From: Marsupella aquatica
Lineage: Eukaryota > Plantae > Marchantiophyta
NCBI GenBank assembly: GCA_973895155.1
Contig: OZ316891.1
Span: 18,687,048-18,751,047 of the forward strand
Length of the DNA stretch: 64,000 bases
Direction: 5' to 3'
Both the position numbers and the translations under genes were made by a program. Every line of letters begins with the position of its first letter. Positions within the stretch are counted from its first letter, which is position 1. This document shows, one piece after another, positions 36,923 to 50,774 of this stretch. Below the pieces are notes generated by a model. It was given only the letters and a program-made list of their open reading frames with translations, was not told the DNA's origin and made no database searches.

Positions 36923-39401
36923 GTTTTTCAACGGAGGGAAGCGGAAGTAAGCCAGCTATACAGAATTAAACTGGTACGAAAGGAAGCAGTACCAATTTTG
37001 GATGTTGGAGTATGATGGGATCGACGAAAGGAGTATTCGCCACTTCCTTTATTGTCATGAAGCTGCTGCCTCTGCCAGAGACGTTCATGAGAAGTTGACA
37101 TGACATACACTGTGCAAATACTTCGTCGCTACTGAGGGAGAGTGCCGAAGATGGAGACATGCGCGCACCGAATATAAATGAAGTTCTCGAAAGACGATTT
37201 CATGTGAAAAACTCTCTTTCCGGAATTTCAACTCGTAGTCACCAACTTCGATGAACTCTGTACCACTAAGATACTCGATTATTTAGAGTAGATTATAGCA
37301 TTTTCTCACTATACCCGACGTTTGCCATTATAGGGTGTACATTCTATTTGAAATGAAATGTTTCAACCAAGGTTCGCGTGATCATTACGTGCTATTCGAG
37401 GTTGCTGGCAGTAATGGGCTATGCTTTGTACATTGAACTGAGTAGATGAAATGGATCAATGCTGCTTTGTTGGTGCGTGTTGCTTCCGCAATTAGTCTGA
37501 CCTTCGGAAGGTCCAAGTCAAGAGTGATGAATTTTCACTGTGTCGAACAGTGATTTGGTGGTTATGGTGGTTTGCCTGTCGCTCTGCGCTGTCCCTACTC
37601 CATTGCCTTCCCCTGGTCCATGAAAGGAATTACCCGGCTTGCAAGGAGGTGTTGGGATCTGCTTGGATATGCATTGGTCTTTACTTGAGAATATGGTTCC
37701 GGCTGATTTGCAACTGACATGTGCTTAAAGAATTTTGACATATCCTCTGGATAGAAATTGCCCGTGCATCAGTGATGCTTTTGAAATATCGCAATCTGAA
37801 TCGAAGTGACACAGCATGGACCTGAATATGAATGTACCGCACTTCTGAATACTAATTTCACAACTTAGTGATTGGAATCGACTTGACACTAGAGCGTTGG
37901 CAATAGATAAGCTGAGTACAGGACAGTTCCATCTATATTATTCAGAAAAAAATCATCAATCTTGAATTGAACCCGTTTAAACAGTGCGAGTAAACCACAA
38001 TCTATTCCCATGAACCACTCGCACACCAACCCAGATGAAATATCGGTTTATCTCAATTTCAAGGAACACGAAGCACTAGGCAAAGAAACTGCATCTTGCT
38101 CACAAATTCTATGAAAAGTTTGTTTCATGTCTCACTCGAATGTAATTTTATATAATTGAGTTCCCTGTTAATGTGCTTGTTTCATTGTTTGGCAAGAGTT
38201 TACTGGTGACTGGAAAGAATCTCGAGTAGAGTGGAATTGCCCATTACATATTTCGAGGTCCGAAGACCTCAACCTGCGGTACTTTTGCTTAATTGAAATG
38301 ACCAGTCGAGACCAAGTTCTGGAGCAATTTCACGGGTTATTAGGACCTAAAGGTGTGGAGAAAGTGCGTGGACTAGGATCTCTTTCATACCTCGAGAGCC
38401 ATATGTTGGAGGAGATGCAGGCAAAGTTACTTGGTTCCGTGATTTCACTTCGTATCTAATCTCATCCAAATTGAATTATTTCTATCTTTGACTAAGCAAT
38501 GAAAGAGAATGAGTATTGTCTTTGAGAATAGAGCTCATATATTCCCTCGTGCTGGTGGCAGATTAGTACACAGAGATCTTGTGTCTGAGTTTCAGCCTGT
38601 GGGTCATTTCTAACCTTTGTTCCTAGCTGCTGTTCTGACCTGCCGAATTCTTACATTAGTGTTGCAATCGGGGTCACGATTGGGTGGAGAAATGCCCAAT
38701 CATTCCAAGGCATGACTGTTGGTATCATGGACAGTAATGATTAGGTTCATCACAATACTGTTCATTCAACAACATCTATTGAGTTCAGTGTGAGAACATC
38801 ATCATGGACCGGTGTCTTGTCTCCTATGTTATCATGCTTCTTGTCTCCTACTTCAGTTGAAGTTTCATTGATGACGTTGATGCGTTTTGATGTTTCCCGA
38901 ATTCGGCCAGATTGTAAGACCTACACTCAGCTTAGTCGATCAGAGGAATTGCTCATTGGTGATTGAAGTCATTTGGTGTGAGGTTTAACTCATTACTGAA
39001 ATCTTAGTTGGTTTAAATGCACTCACACATGGGCAGGGCTGCCTGGGAAAGCCCCTAAAATCAACTATCAAAACATATGTTTCAGATCGAGGATTCAGTC
39101 TAAGCCTGATTGCTTAACGCCTTCAATTCCCTGAAATTTTCCCCTCAAAGTAATCATTGTAGATTTTTCTCTCTGCAGAGAATGTCCACTAAAATTCTAC
39201 TTCCCAGGCTGAGAGACCAAATTTCAACACTACCATATCGAGGTAGTGGGGGATCTGCGGCTACTAAACTGCTTTCCTCCCTACTCAACTTAATCTGCTC
39301 GACTGTTTTCACCCTAAGCCTTTCTACGAGAACAGTGAAACTAGTGGAATACAAAGAAGGTTTATATCCGTGTAGAGTAGATCGAGTAGTCTGTAAAGTA
39401 C

Positions 39402-42400
39402 TCATTGGGGACTTGGTTTTCGACCGTTGGCTGCTGAGACTCGAGAACCCCACTCCAGCAGCTCTCTGCTTGTATCGTCTTTGTGGCAAATTACCTCAAT
39501 GAAGCAAAGTGAGTCCTCATGTGGACCCATTGCCTCTTTAATAGCGCTTACAAGCTCCATCTCAGTTTGGACCTGCATCACGGTGCACATAGTTATTACT
39601 AGAACAAAACATGGGATTCAACTACGTATCATCCCACTACTAATGTACGCATGTACACAATAGTTTAAGTAGCCTCTAGATAATGTTCCACAATCAGGTT
39701 TATACAGGATTAAGGATATTGCCAAAGAAGGTCACAAGGATAATGCACTGAAACTTAAAACTCATGATATGGATCTGCACTTTAGCCTCTCCTTTCGCCA
39801 AACCAGTTACATCACGAACAGGATAAATTGGACCTTAGGGATGAACGTCAGAATCATTAGCTCAACAGGAGCTATGGAGAACACCCTAACCAACAGGATC
39901 AGGCTGGCCAAGCTCTGCCCACACAAAGTGTTCGACTATTCTGAGATCGGCGTTGGGAATTTCGTTGTAGTCTACCGCCCCTGGATAACTGCAGCTAGCT
40001 TCTAAGGTGGGCAAAAGAACTTGGGGTCTGAATTAACCAAAAAACGTTTTACCCCACGAAGTATATACACACTTTTTACAGAAAGGGACCAAATAGAGTA
40101 CAAAAGAACAAACAAAAGAGGGTCCAAAGTGTGTTCTCTCGCAAGTCATGCGTAGTAAAAAAAAGAATAACAAGAAGCTAGAATAGTGGTCACCCTTTTT
40201 GTCCAGACTCTCCCTTGCCCATTGTGCATGGCATTTATTACTCCACAATAGTCCCAATTCTTGATGACGTTGTATGGTCCATCATGAATCTCGACTTCAA
40301 TCGTGTATCCTCCATTGTTGATAAGAAAAATGATGGGGTTAAGTTCTTGCCGTATCATTGTTGACACATCTTGACAAGTCACCTGCAAAGATTATAATTT
40401 GCAAATCAAATGGTAAACTTAGGCAGGGAACCCTAATTGATGGCTATATGTCTATTTGCACAAGATCCAAACAGATCGAGGACATACATAGTGCGAGCCC
40501 TTCCAACCGTACACAAACAATTGTCTATCAGAGTTAGATATCCATTGCAAATATGCATAACATGGACCGCTAGAAGGCTGGGAAAACTGATGAAAGAGAT
40601 GCAAAGCTAAACAACAGAAGAAAAAGAAGATTGCCGTTTTCAGGAAGCATCTTGCATTACCTAGGTCTCAAGATAACCGCTCTTTTACCTGGAAACTTCC
40701 GTCCCCAATGCATGAAATAACACGTTGAGGCGCTGTTGCCTGTGCATAACCCAGGGTGGCTCCAACAGCCCAGCCAATAGATCCATATTGCATTTGAAAC
40801 TCATAACTGCAATACAATTGAAGTACTCTCGTGAATCAAGCCAAGGACTAGTTCCAGGTTCGATGAAACACTTGGGAATTATGAGGGATTACTCGTCACA
40901 CAAGCAATTCTTGAGCTTTCGGATGTCCCTGGTAGATGTCCCTCAGATTGCTAAGCGAAATGCTATACTGAATTGATTCATTCACCAAAATAGCGAATGG
41001 CATATAATAGGTGATTTGGGTATGAAAGCATGGCTGTGAGCTTCTTTGGTGCTCAACTCTCTATATTTGAATGGATTGATTAAATGCAAAGAGCAATCCA
41101 GTAAGGGCGAAAGGTTTTATGAGACGAACTCAGTGAAAAACTTCTAAAAGAACCCAAATGGAACGAATTCACTTACCCACATCCTTCAGGAAGCTTCAAC
41201 TTTTGACAATTAAACCATGAGTCTCCCGTCTCAGCAATCACCGCAGTGTCTTTACTTAGCATGTTCTGCCAATTATATAATTATGCAGATGAGTTAGTGT
41301 GTACAAGCTTGTATCATAGGCGTGTATGCAGAAAAAGAGTAAGATTTGACCATCCTCTCAATGTGAAAACATCCACTGCTTGTATACCAAACACATTGTG
41401 AGGACAGTACCCGGCCTAATTTGAGCCATTCCAGCCTGTACGTTTAAAAAACTTAAACCTGAAACGTGAAACGTCTATGACTGGGTTTAAGGAACTTTAA
41501 TGTACCTGAATGTGAAGGAAGAGTTGGTTCACTTTAATAGGCTCTGAGCCTCTAGACGAATCAGGAATCCCAGGAGGCACCCAAATCCGTTTGTAGTTCT
41601 CCCAAGCATTTTCATTCTTCTTTATCCGCTTGGCAAGGGCGGGGAGGAAGTCCTTCATTAAGCAGCACCCGAAGGAAAGTCCATTACAAATGATCACACG
41701 GTCGGGCTGAACGTTTATCATCTTCTCATTCTTTATGAGCAAAGAGTATCCGACTGAGCTGTAATCGTTGAAGATAGGCCCCACAAAAACATAGGCATCT
41801 GAAGATTCCACAATCTCAACAGCAAAAGGAGAGCTCACAGCACCCCAATAAGTGCCAATGAATTTTGGATGATTCTCGGGAAACTGGCCCTTGGCAGATG
41901 GCATGATTGCAACTGGATATCCGCATGCATTGGCAAACTCCACTAAAGCGGCTTTTGCATTAGCCACTCTTAGTTTTGGACCTACAACCACGACGGGTTT
42001 AGCACTTTTATTGAGGAAGTTGGCCGCTGCCGTCACCGCTGATTCCAAGCTAGAAGGATTGCTCATTCTGCTCACCGGAAGTGACAGACGAGCACGTCAA
42101 GTTAGAGATAAATCCTACTGTGAGACAATTTTAGTTGAATACAACTAAATAAAACACTTCATGTAATATCCGGTGCATACTGTTTCAATGTCTCTAGAAG
42201 GCAAAGAGAGTCGTAACATGCAGCAAACCATTTACAGGTTACTGGAATTAGAAACTGACAGAGACATTTGATGACACCATTTCTCTCACATTCCATCTTC
42301 GCAGGCAAAATCATTCATGTTGGGTACTCTTCGTGTGAGTATCATGCCGTTTATCTCCTCTTTGTTTCAGAGAAGCCTTTCCTCTTCGTAATTGCTCTCT

Positions 42401-43907
42401 AGTTCAACCTCTTTGGTTTTCATTCAACTGGACCCTTCTAGTCTATTCCCTTAGTTAATTGTTCCTCTCCCGTGCTGGAAACTTTGATTCGTTCTCTTTC
42501 TTGGACACCTAAACTCCACTGAACTTGACTCAAGTCAAAATTGCTGCCTTCCTATCTATCCAAGGAGGCAGTGGATTCAGACGTTGCAGTAGAAATGTCC
42601 TGCTCTTTTCTTACGTTCACTCATTCTCCCAATCTAATCCTCATCCATCTACAGTGATGTTTCGAGGCGGATGCTTGGTATTACCGTCATTCTCTCCACC
42701 TCTATCACGATCAGGACAACTTTGCAAAATTTCAAGATGCAAGCGGACCAGTGTAGAAGAGAATTGTCCTAATATCACCCCCACGCCGGATGAAAAGTAT
42801 CTAGGGATGGACACTCACATGAAGGTCGGGTGACAGGAATCCTAAAGTTAACGGAACTCGTACTTACAATACGGAGGTTGGGGATTGGAAAGATGAATGA
42901 ATGATTCATGCATGACAGGAAAGCACCTCTTGGCAATAGCGAAGGGAATAGGAGTCGGGACAAAACTCGAATGATGAATGCCGGGAAGATTGCAACTGAT
43001 GCTCAGATATACCGGTTTGCTCTCCTTTAGGCAAGTCGAGATGGCGAAGTCTACCATCTCGTAAGCAATTTCCAAGTGTTTCACAACGACCTGTCATAGG
43101 TCCACTCTGGTAAGGACTTACAAGAAATTTTTGCAATCTTACCGTTTTAATTCTGTGGAATTGTTAGAGGCACTCGCTTAGGAATTCGTACTCCAGCAAT
43201 TCTATCACCCGTTCTATCATTCAAAAAATATTCATGTTTGTGAGTACAAAGATTGGTGCAGAGGGTTTCTGTTCAACTTCTGCTTCTCTGTCCTTCTCCA
43301 CGCTATCGAACTAAAGGCAATCAACTTTCTCGTCCCTCATGGGATTCAGAAAACACTACCATTCCCTTGTAACAATATGGATTATCTAGTGAAGGGCAAT
43401 AAAGTATCGCAAATTTTGAATTGTCTCTGTAGACGGGATTCATGCACTTACCTGGCAACACGTCACTGCTTCAAAGCAGCGAAGCTCTTGACTGAAATCC
43501 GGTATACCAATTGTATGATGAAGAATGCGATCGGTGCCATAGTCATTGGAGTTCGGTCCTCCTACAAGACAAATCACTGGAAGATTTTCACTGTATGCTC
43601 CTGCAATAGCATTGATCACGCTTAGTCCTCCCACAGTGAAAGTCACCACGACGGCTCCAACTCCTTTGCATCTTGCATATCCGTCGGCAGCATATCCCGC
43701 ATTGAGCTCATTGCAACAACCAACCATATTGAGCCCCGGTTCTGCTAGGAGATGGTCCAAAAGAATGAGGTTGAAATCACCCGGGACGTGGAAAACGTCC
43801 TTCACTCCAATTTCTACCAGGCGCCGCGATATATGCCTCCCCAACGTCTGTGAATGTTGGCCCGGTAAGTGATACTTTTCAATGTCGGACTGTCTCTCCG
43901 CATGCAT
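39402..43907 (-). CDS. PDC: Pyruvate decarboxylase (multi-exon)
   Basis: [38 protein letters not shown]; [15 protein letters not shown]; IGDGSFQ | [29 protein letters not shown]; [20 protein letters not shown]. Start codon tentative. Confidence 0.96.
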
Positions 43908-45972
43908 CTTAGCAATGCGGTCTGTCGGCGCGTGGTGTTTGGAAGCTGCTAGCAATATACACGGGAGGGGTGAGAACAAAAACCTTCGTATATTGTCGAC
44001 GCGGGACTGACACGGACACAAAACAAGATAGACTTGATCAAATAGACAAACAAAATACTCATCCTACTCTGAAAAGAATTCTCATTAGCATCATGTTCCG
44101 CTTCCACAGTGCATGTAGTTTCAAAGTCTTGAATTGGCAAAATACTTTTCCTCAATTATTGCCCAAGCATCACCGATACCATGACTTATAATCCTCTTCA
44201 GTTGCATTCCGAACATTCCACACAAGATTCAGATACAGTACTAGATTACTTGCCCCTCCCACCCTAGGCCCCATACTGTGAAACAACTCTCTGATCTGTG
44301 AATTCTGTCTTCTGCTTCTCGCTTACTAACACAGCCTAGATTCATCACCCATTAGCTCCGTTTCAAATTGTTTCAGCAGGAGCTGGCAGACTGTACGTGA
44401 CTATTGCTCTTTAAATTAATTTGTCTCAGAGAAAAAGTGCACAAGCTGGAAAAACGATTCCTGACTTCTGTGAAGAAGCAAGTTTTTGTTACAGTGTTCA
44501 GCACGACTAATAGCAGGTGCTGAAAAATGTGTTCGAGGTTATTTAAGGGCAACAGATCAGAGAGACGACGAAGGAGAGTGACGAGACCAGACTTGGAAAT
44601 GAGAACAGTCAAAAGCACTTTTGGTAGATGAAGATTTTGCAAAAGCGAAGTGCGTGTGGGCAAATTAAAGGGTGGCTGGTTGTAATGGTTTTGTACCGCT
44701 TGATGGAGATGACTCCGCCATCTTTCTTCAATTTCGCTCTCCTTTTTATTTTCTCTGCCTCTCTCTTCCTTCGCGCTTTGTAACTATCGAGCATGATTGA
44801 ATATCGAATTAATTGTCATTTTGCAACGAAGATCAACGTGGGAGAACGTAGCATTTCTGTCTGTCTGGTAGAACAAGATTCCTTCGTGTATGCTGATAGG
44901 AAAAGAATGCTCAATTTGAGTCTTCCATTGGCAGAAGGGCAGTTTTTGTATTTGTCCTTTGATAGAGAAGGAATCCATTGCGCAATGGGCATGCTGCTCA
45001 CTGACATAGAATCCATTGTTATGCGCATTCAATACACATTCACCCAAGAGAAGCAACAAATTGAGCCTCTTGGAAAATGAGTCTCTCCTTTAGTTACAAA
45101 CATTAAACGTTTCTCATTGCCTGTGTACGTTGTGTCGTCGACAACGAATCCATTTCTGACATTGCATCGATGATAAGTCCATTGTTCACATTTATCAAAC
45201 TAATTCCACTGACCTTAATACAACAAGAATTCCTTTGTTCCATCTCGAGCAATTCTATTGTTCACATTCATCAGAATTCATTCTACAGGGAGTACATTGT
45301 CTTGGTGCATTAAACTTACCTCAGAAGAATCCATATGCTCTTCTGACGCATGAAAGCTCAATCCGGTCGTTAATTCCGCCGGTTCATCCATTATGCCAGT
45401 ACCTGCATTCATCAAATTCCACCCAAGTACAAGAACTTCATCGTCTTGCGCATCCAGGGTTACCCCTCGACGAACCGATCTACTCGTCTGAAGCATGAAA
45501 CTTCAACGCGGCTGTTGATGTTGTTCTTACAATCAATCATAAGTTCAATATAATTCCGGTAGGTTTTGTTCCCATGACATTATTTCTCATGAGTCTGTTT
45601 TCGTGGTGAGGGGGGGGACGAGGAGCACAAAAAGTAGGTGATCAAAAGAGTTGTGAGTGAGCTCCTAGTGAACAGGTGTGATTGTTCATGAAGTACTCTT
45701 CGTGAGGTTCGTTGATATATTTCACTTCTTCGGAAGTAGAACCACTCAACAGCCCCCAGGAGGGAGAGCATTCCAAGAAATATCGTCCACCGTCGAATTG
45801 TCGATTCAATAAATTACACTTCAACTTATCCAATAAATTGTACAGTCGTCGGCTCTGTCTAAGCGCGCACACTCCGTAAGTGCATTACCTCACCTAGTTC
45901 CATTACCTGGTTAAGTGCAGGGCATCCGATTCTTCTCTTTTATTTTACACTGAATAAGAGCTTTTTAAGCTA

Positions 45973-46082
45973 ATTTTCTAAGCGCAAACAGGCCTGAATT
46001 CAATTAGTTTTCTAAGCGCACACAGGCCTGAATTCAATTAGTTTTCTAAGCGCACACAGGCCTGAATTCAGTTTGCTAAGCG
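45973..46082. repeat. ~34-bp tandem repeat, three copies
   Basis: TTTTCTAAGCGCACACAGGCCTGAATTCAATTAG units. Confidence 0.85.
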
Positions 46083-47146
46083 CTTACCCATAGTACAGAA
46101 GCATCTATGATCACTTATTGATGAATGCTCAAGCCCATAAAATTGCATTTATTAATAGATGTATGCCTATTCTTAGAAGAGCTTAGAGAGTTTGGACACG
46201 GAATTTTGGGCAGGCATCCGAGGTGATCGCTTATAAAGTTACACATTAAATGTGTAATGGGCCATAATACAAATTTAGAGGGAGGGGGCCATTACGCATT
46301 TAACAAACTTCAAGGGATGTAAATCATGTAAACTTATCGATAAGTGCAATTTTATAGGGGGTGTGCACTTATAATGGAGTGCAACAACTGGTTTAGTGCA
46401 AGCTGTGCCGAAGAATGCACTGAAGAAACATACAAAGTGCAAAAACACAAAGGGCATCAAATGGCGTCGAGTAGTGTGGTCCGACTGGACTATGGTGGAG
46501 CAGTAGTCGCAGGAGCTCTGTTTTCTTTGGCTCGAGGTGTTGGATTTCGGAAGCACTGAAGTGTTGGAGGCCGACCGGATTCACCTCTTGCTCAAGCTCG
46601 AATGCGGTCTAGAAATGCGGCTGTGCAGAGAGCAGCGGTGCTCGCTGATTTTACTGATATAGCTGCGATCGAAGTGCAATCGAACGAAAAGGCGGGTCGA
46701 AGGAACGGCCTCCTCGAGTGATGTGGTTAAGTCGATTTTGGACAGAAAGCATAGATCGAGTCGAAGCCTTTCTGGATCGGACTCGAAAGGCGGCTTCGTC
46801 GTCCACCTGGAGACGGGCTTCGACAGAGATTGAAAGGAATTATGGAGTTTCGGTGGGAATCGCGGTGAGACAGAGGATGCAAGGATCGGTCGAGTCGTAG
46901 GTTGTGACAGAGCGTAATTACAATCAGCGGGAAGGGGGCGTAGAAGCATACGTCTTAATAGAAGTGAGGTCGGTAGGCATAGCGGGATGATGTCTTACGG
47001 AAGCGGCTGCAGTAGTAGGTGTAGACAACTCATGACGTTCTCAAGCGATGGAGGATTGGAACAGAAGTTGAGGAGTTGTTGCAATTGATGTACGAGCTAA
47101 GAGGATTTTAAGACAAGTAGTTGTAAGCGAGTAGATTTTTTTAGAT

Positions 47147-49304
47147 ATGTCAGCGATGCTGGCGTACATGAGCGTGCCGGACGCTTATGGTGTGGTGGAA
47201 CCTGGAGTTTACAGAGCGAAGGCAGCAGCTGCGCCGAATTTGCCATTCCTTTTACATTTGCGACTACGCACATTGCTCTACCTATCTCCGGATCCTCTGC
47301 TTCCTTCCGTTTCCGCCTTCCTTGATAAATGCGCCACCCGATTCGTACGTATCTCCAGCTTCTCAAGATCCTGTCTCACGTCACCTCACGTCGCGGACTT
47401 AACCTTTTCAATTTACTCGCAGATGATAAATTCCAGTTCGTACTCAACGAGAGTGGGAATGATCTTAGTCGTTTGGCGCTCTTTCGAAACAGAAGAAGAG
47501 AACTTGGCAAAATTGCTGTACTTGTTGCCTCTGCCTGTTTTTTGCTGTGCTGCTTTCTTTATGGCGTTGTGAACAGAAGACTCAAAAGTGTACTGAGGGA
47601 ATACATCGATTCTTCTGCTTGCAGATTCACTTAGGATTGAGAGTATGGAAGCCGTATATAACATGGAAGCCGGTGAGCGAGGAGCTCATCAAGGATGCGC
47701 TGGAGATCGTCTTGGATGTGAATACTCATCCGATTATGGTCATGTGCTCGTTAGTGTTTAATCGTTCTTCTCGCTAACTCACTTCCATCTGCCCGTTTCT
47801 ATTTGATGTATTGAGCTGAGCGTTGGTTGTCGTTGCGTATCAGCTAATCCACTGCCTACACCTCAATGTTACGAACACCAATTACCGCAACTGTTTTGCC
47901 GACTCATGGGCTCTCGATGAGTTTAACAAGTTGTTTCTCCCGGTCTTAGTCATATTTCAGTATTTGTAGGGCAGAATTTTAATTATGAACCTGTAATGAC
48001 TAGAAACCACTTGAATTTATAGAGGCACCGAGCTACAGAATTGATAGATTTACAGGAGCAGATTCTGAGGTTGCTAATCTAAAATAATGGCTAGTACCTG
48101 TAAAAGAAGGTAGCTCCCCTTGTGATCCATTGCTGATTCAGTGCTACGAAATACATGGAGTTCATTAATTTCTTCTCCGGATTTTTGCAGATCAGGAATC
48201 CACCAGACAGGAACAGTAGTTGGATGTTTGAGACGGCTACAAAAGTGGAATTTAACTTCACTTCTAGAGGAGGTTTGTCCAAACTTCCAAATTTTTTAAG
48301 CTGTTTCTTGTAGTTTTTGCGAAGACTTCAGGAACTTTCTTTTAGGAAGATGATTCAATGGGACAGAAGTAATGATTTCCTGTAGTTTAATTCAAGTTTG
48401 GATGATTTTGAAGGCTGACTTGCAAAGTGTATGGATACGACGATGAATAGAGATTGAATCGTAGAAGAGCTTGAAGGACATACCGGTCCTCAATAACGGA
48501 TGATAAAGAGTAATGATTTTAATGATTGGACATGGATGGCCAGTATCGGCGCTATGCTGGGAGCAAAGCTCGTTATGCTAATGAGCAATTCATGGAGCTT
48601 TTTGACGAGGATTTGGTCACATTACCCAAAGACCTGCCAGCGTGGTTCATCGATCAGAGAAGAATGATGGTACTTGATACATCACAACCATGAAAATACT
48701 TTCTTGATCTTTTCAAATTCAGCCCCTTCCTGTTTACATTTCTCATGTATATCTCCTACCTGAAAATGGCACTATTTTTGTGATCGATTTCTACTTAAGT
48801 TTCCATGTATCTGGGCCTCTAAATACTATCTTGATTTTCCCTCAATTAGTATATATATCGAAAGATAGCTAAAGTTATCTGTTTTCCTTGTTCAAAATAT
48901 GACGCATTCAGGAAGAAGAGGAAGCAGAGTTTCAAAAGTTGTTAGAGTCATCCAAGGACGAGCTCGATGAGGCCCCTTGTACATCATTGTCTGTTGCATC
49001 ACCCGATTTACCTGTAAGTTCGTCCATTTTCCTCTGCGTGGGCTGTTAATCATTGGAAAATAAGTCATTTGATGGGGTGAATCCAAGTGCTACATATAAG
49101 CTCTCACATGAAGACGCCAATTTTCTTAACTTTGAATAGATGCAGGGCATCCAAGACGCAAAATCGAAGCAATTATCTGTCGAAGCATCAGGAGGGAATG
49201 GTGTTGTTGAGCGCAACTTTTGGAGTGTTTACTATTTGCGAAGCAGCCCTTTGACTACGGAGAGTCGATCATACAAACGAAAAATTATTGGCAAGGTGGA
49301 GTAG
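47147..49304 (+). CDS. PFA-DSP/OCA-family tyrosine-phosphatase-like protein (OCA4-like), 6 exons
   Basis: [31 protein letters not shown] | [26 protein letters not shown] | [27 protein letters not shown] | [25 protein letters not shown]. Confidence 0.85.
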
Positions 49305-50774
49305 TTTGCACATTAGGTCTTCGAAGCACAACTACGTCAAAGGAGTCTCCTGCTTGCCAACATGGTGGGGTCTAGGATGAGTATTGGCAATTGTTATGAT
49401 GGTGTGTTGTGTACGGCACAAAATGAAACCAACAAGCAGTTGACTGATCTCTTCCGTCTACTCAACTCCGGATGATGTATTCTTCGGTAAGATTATATTG
49501 TATATATAAATTGGTTAATGCAGTGTAAAATCGGTATACAGGTTGACCGATATATACAAGTTGTCCACATATATATCTATCTGGGTTGTTGGCGTACATG
49601 GGTTTCCAGCATTCTTTCATAGTCATTGTCCTCATCTATCTTGGGATGAAGAGGCAATTCGTGAGATTCAGAGACTCATGGATTCGAGCAGTCCGTTGGA
49701 ATAGTAACCTGGCCTGTAACACGTACATACCATGAGTAACCACTTGAGATTCTCTCGGCAACTTATCAAGGCTCCCAGTGTCTTCATATGACTCCCTGTG
49801 TTGGACACACGTTTGTGAATTACAGTCTGACCGGGTTGGATGGACTGTTTCGCTACTGCAAAAACTTTAGATTTCATGCGATATCGTACTGAAATTTTTA
49901 CTCGGTGATTTTGAAATTAGCACCACATTGCTCACGATGCGAGCTTTATGAATTTTCAGTTTGCCAAATTCATGAATGGTTGCGTTGAGTCTGTCATCCT
50001 GGTCACCGAACAAGTGCAGTAAATTCTGATAAGCAATCTATGACTTAATATTGGTCGAACACTGCAGAATGATAGGAAAATGTTTCTCACGTTAAGTTCT
50101 GAATGGGCGTGAGGGCAATGCTTCCGGGCCAATCCTATAGATACATCATTCTAGCAAAGAATTCACCCGTCCAGCTCATACTAGATCAGCTTTGGTATGA
50201 AAATTTTGCGACAAAGTTTTGTCCACTTACTTTTCGCGATTGGTGACCCAATTGATTAAAGGTGATAGGATGAGTCTTTCGGGTCGAGTCTAGGTATTCA
50301 ATCATGAAGCTTTTGGGTCAGGCCTTTCTTTCCAGCTATTCATAAGAGTTTCCAGGACAATGACATATTTGCTTAACCAGAGGTGAGGCAGAAAAGTCCA
50401 GCTCAAGGTACATTCCTGACAGTCCATTGTGAAGTCCAACAGAGACCGCATGAGGGTGTCGCCAAGCCCTCGCCACCAACCAGCACATTTGAGAGCACGA
50501 AGCGCATGGAATTGACAAGCATGTTTCAATGACAGGATTTAGTCTAGTTGGTTTTCATTCCAGCCTTGCGCAGCTGGAAAAGTATCATCAACAGCCCTTC
50601 AACAGGAGGCCCTGCTGGCAGAGCAAATCATATCTTGACAAAATTGCCATACTAATGTCCCTCAGATCTCACAAAGCGACTCTGTCCAGTCTGGCAACTA
50701 AAATGTCGGTGGTGGCATCCATCTAATGGCTAGGTACATATTCTCTACAAATTGTCTAGAAGCAATACAGAACA

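Noticed and set aside
44373-46949. Several 60-120 aa ORFs between PDC and the OCA-like gene
   Set aside because: No recognisable motifs; likely UTR, intron or intergenic sequence.
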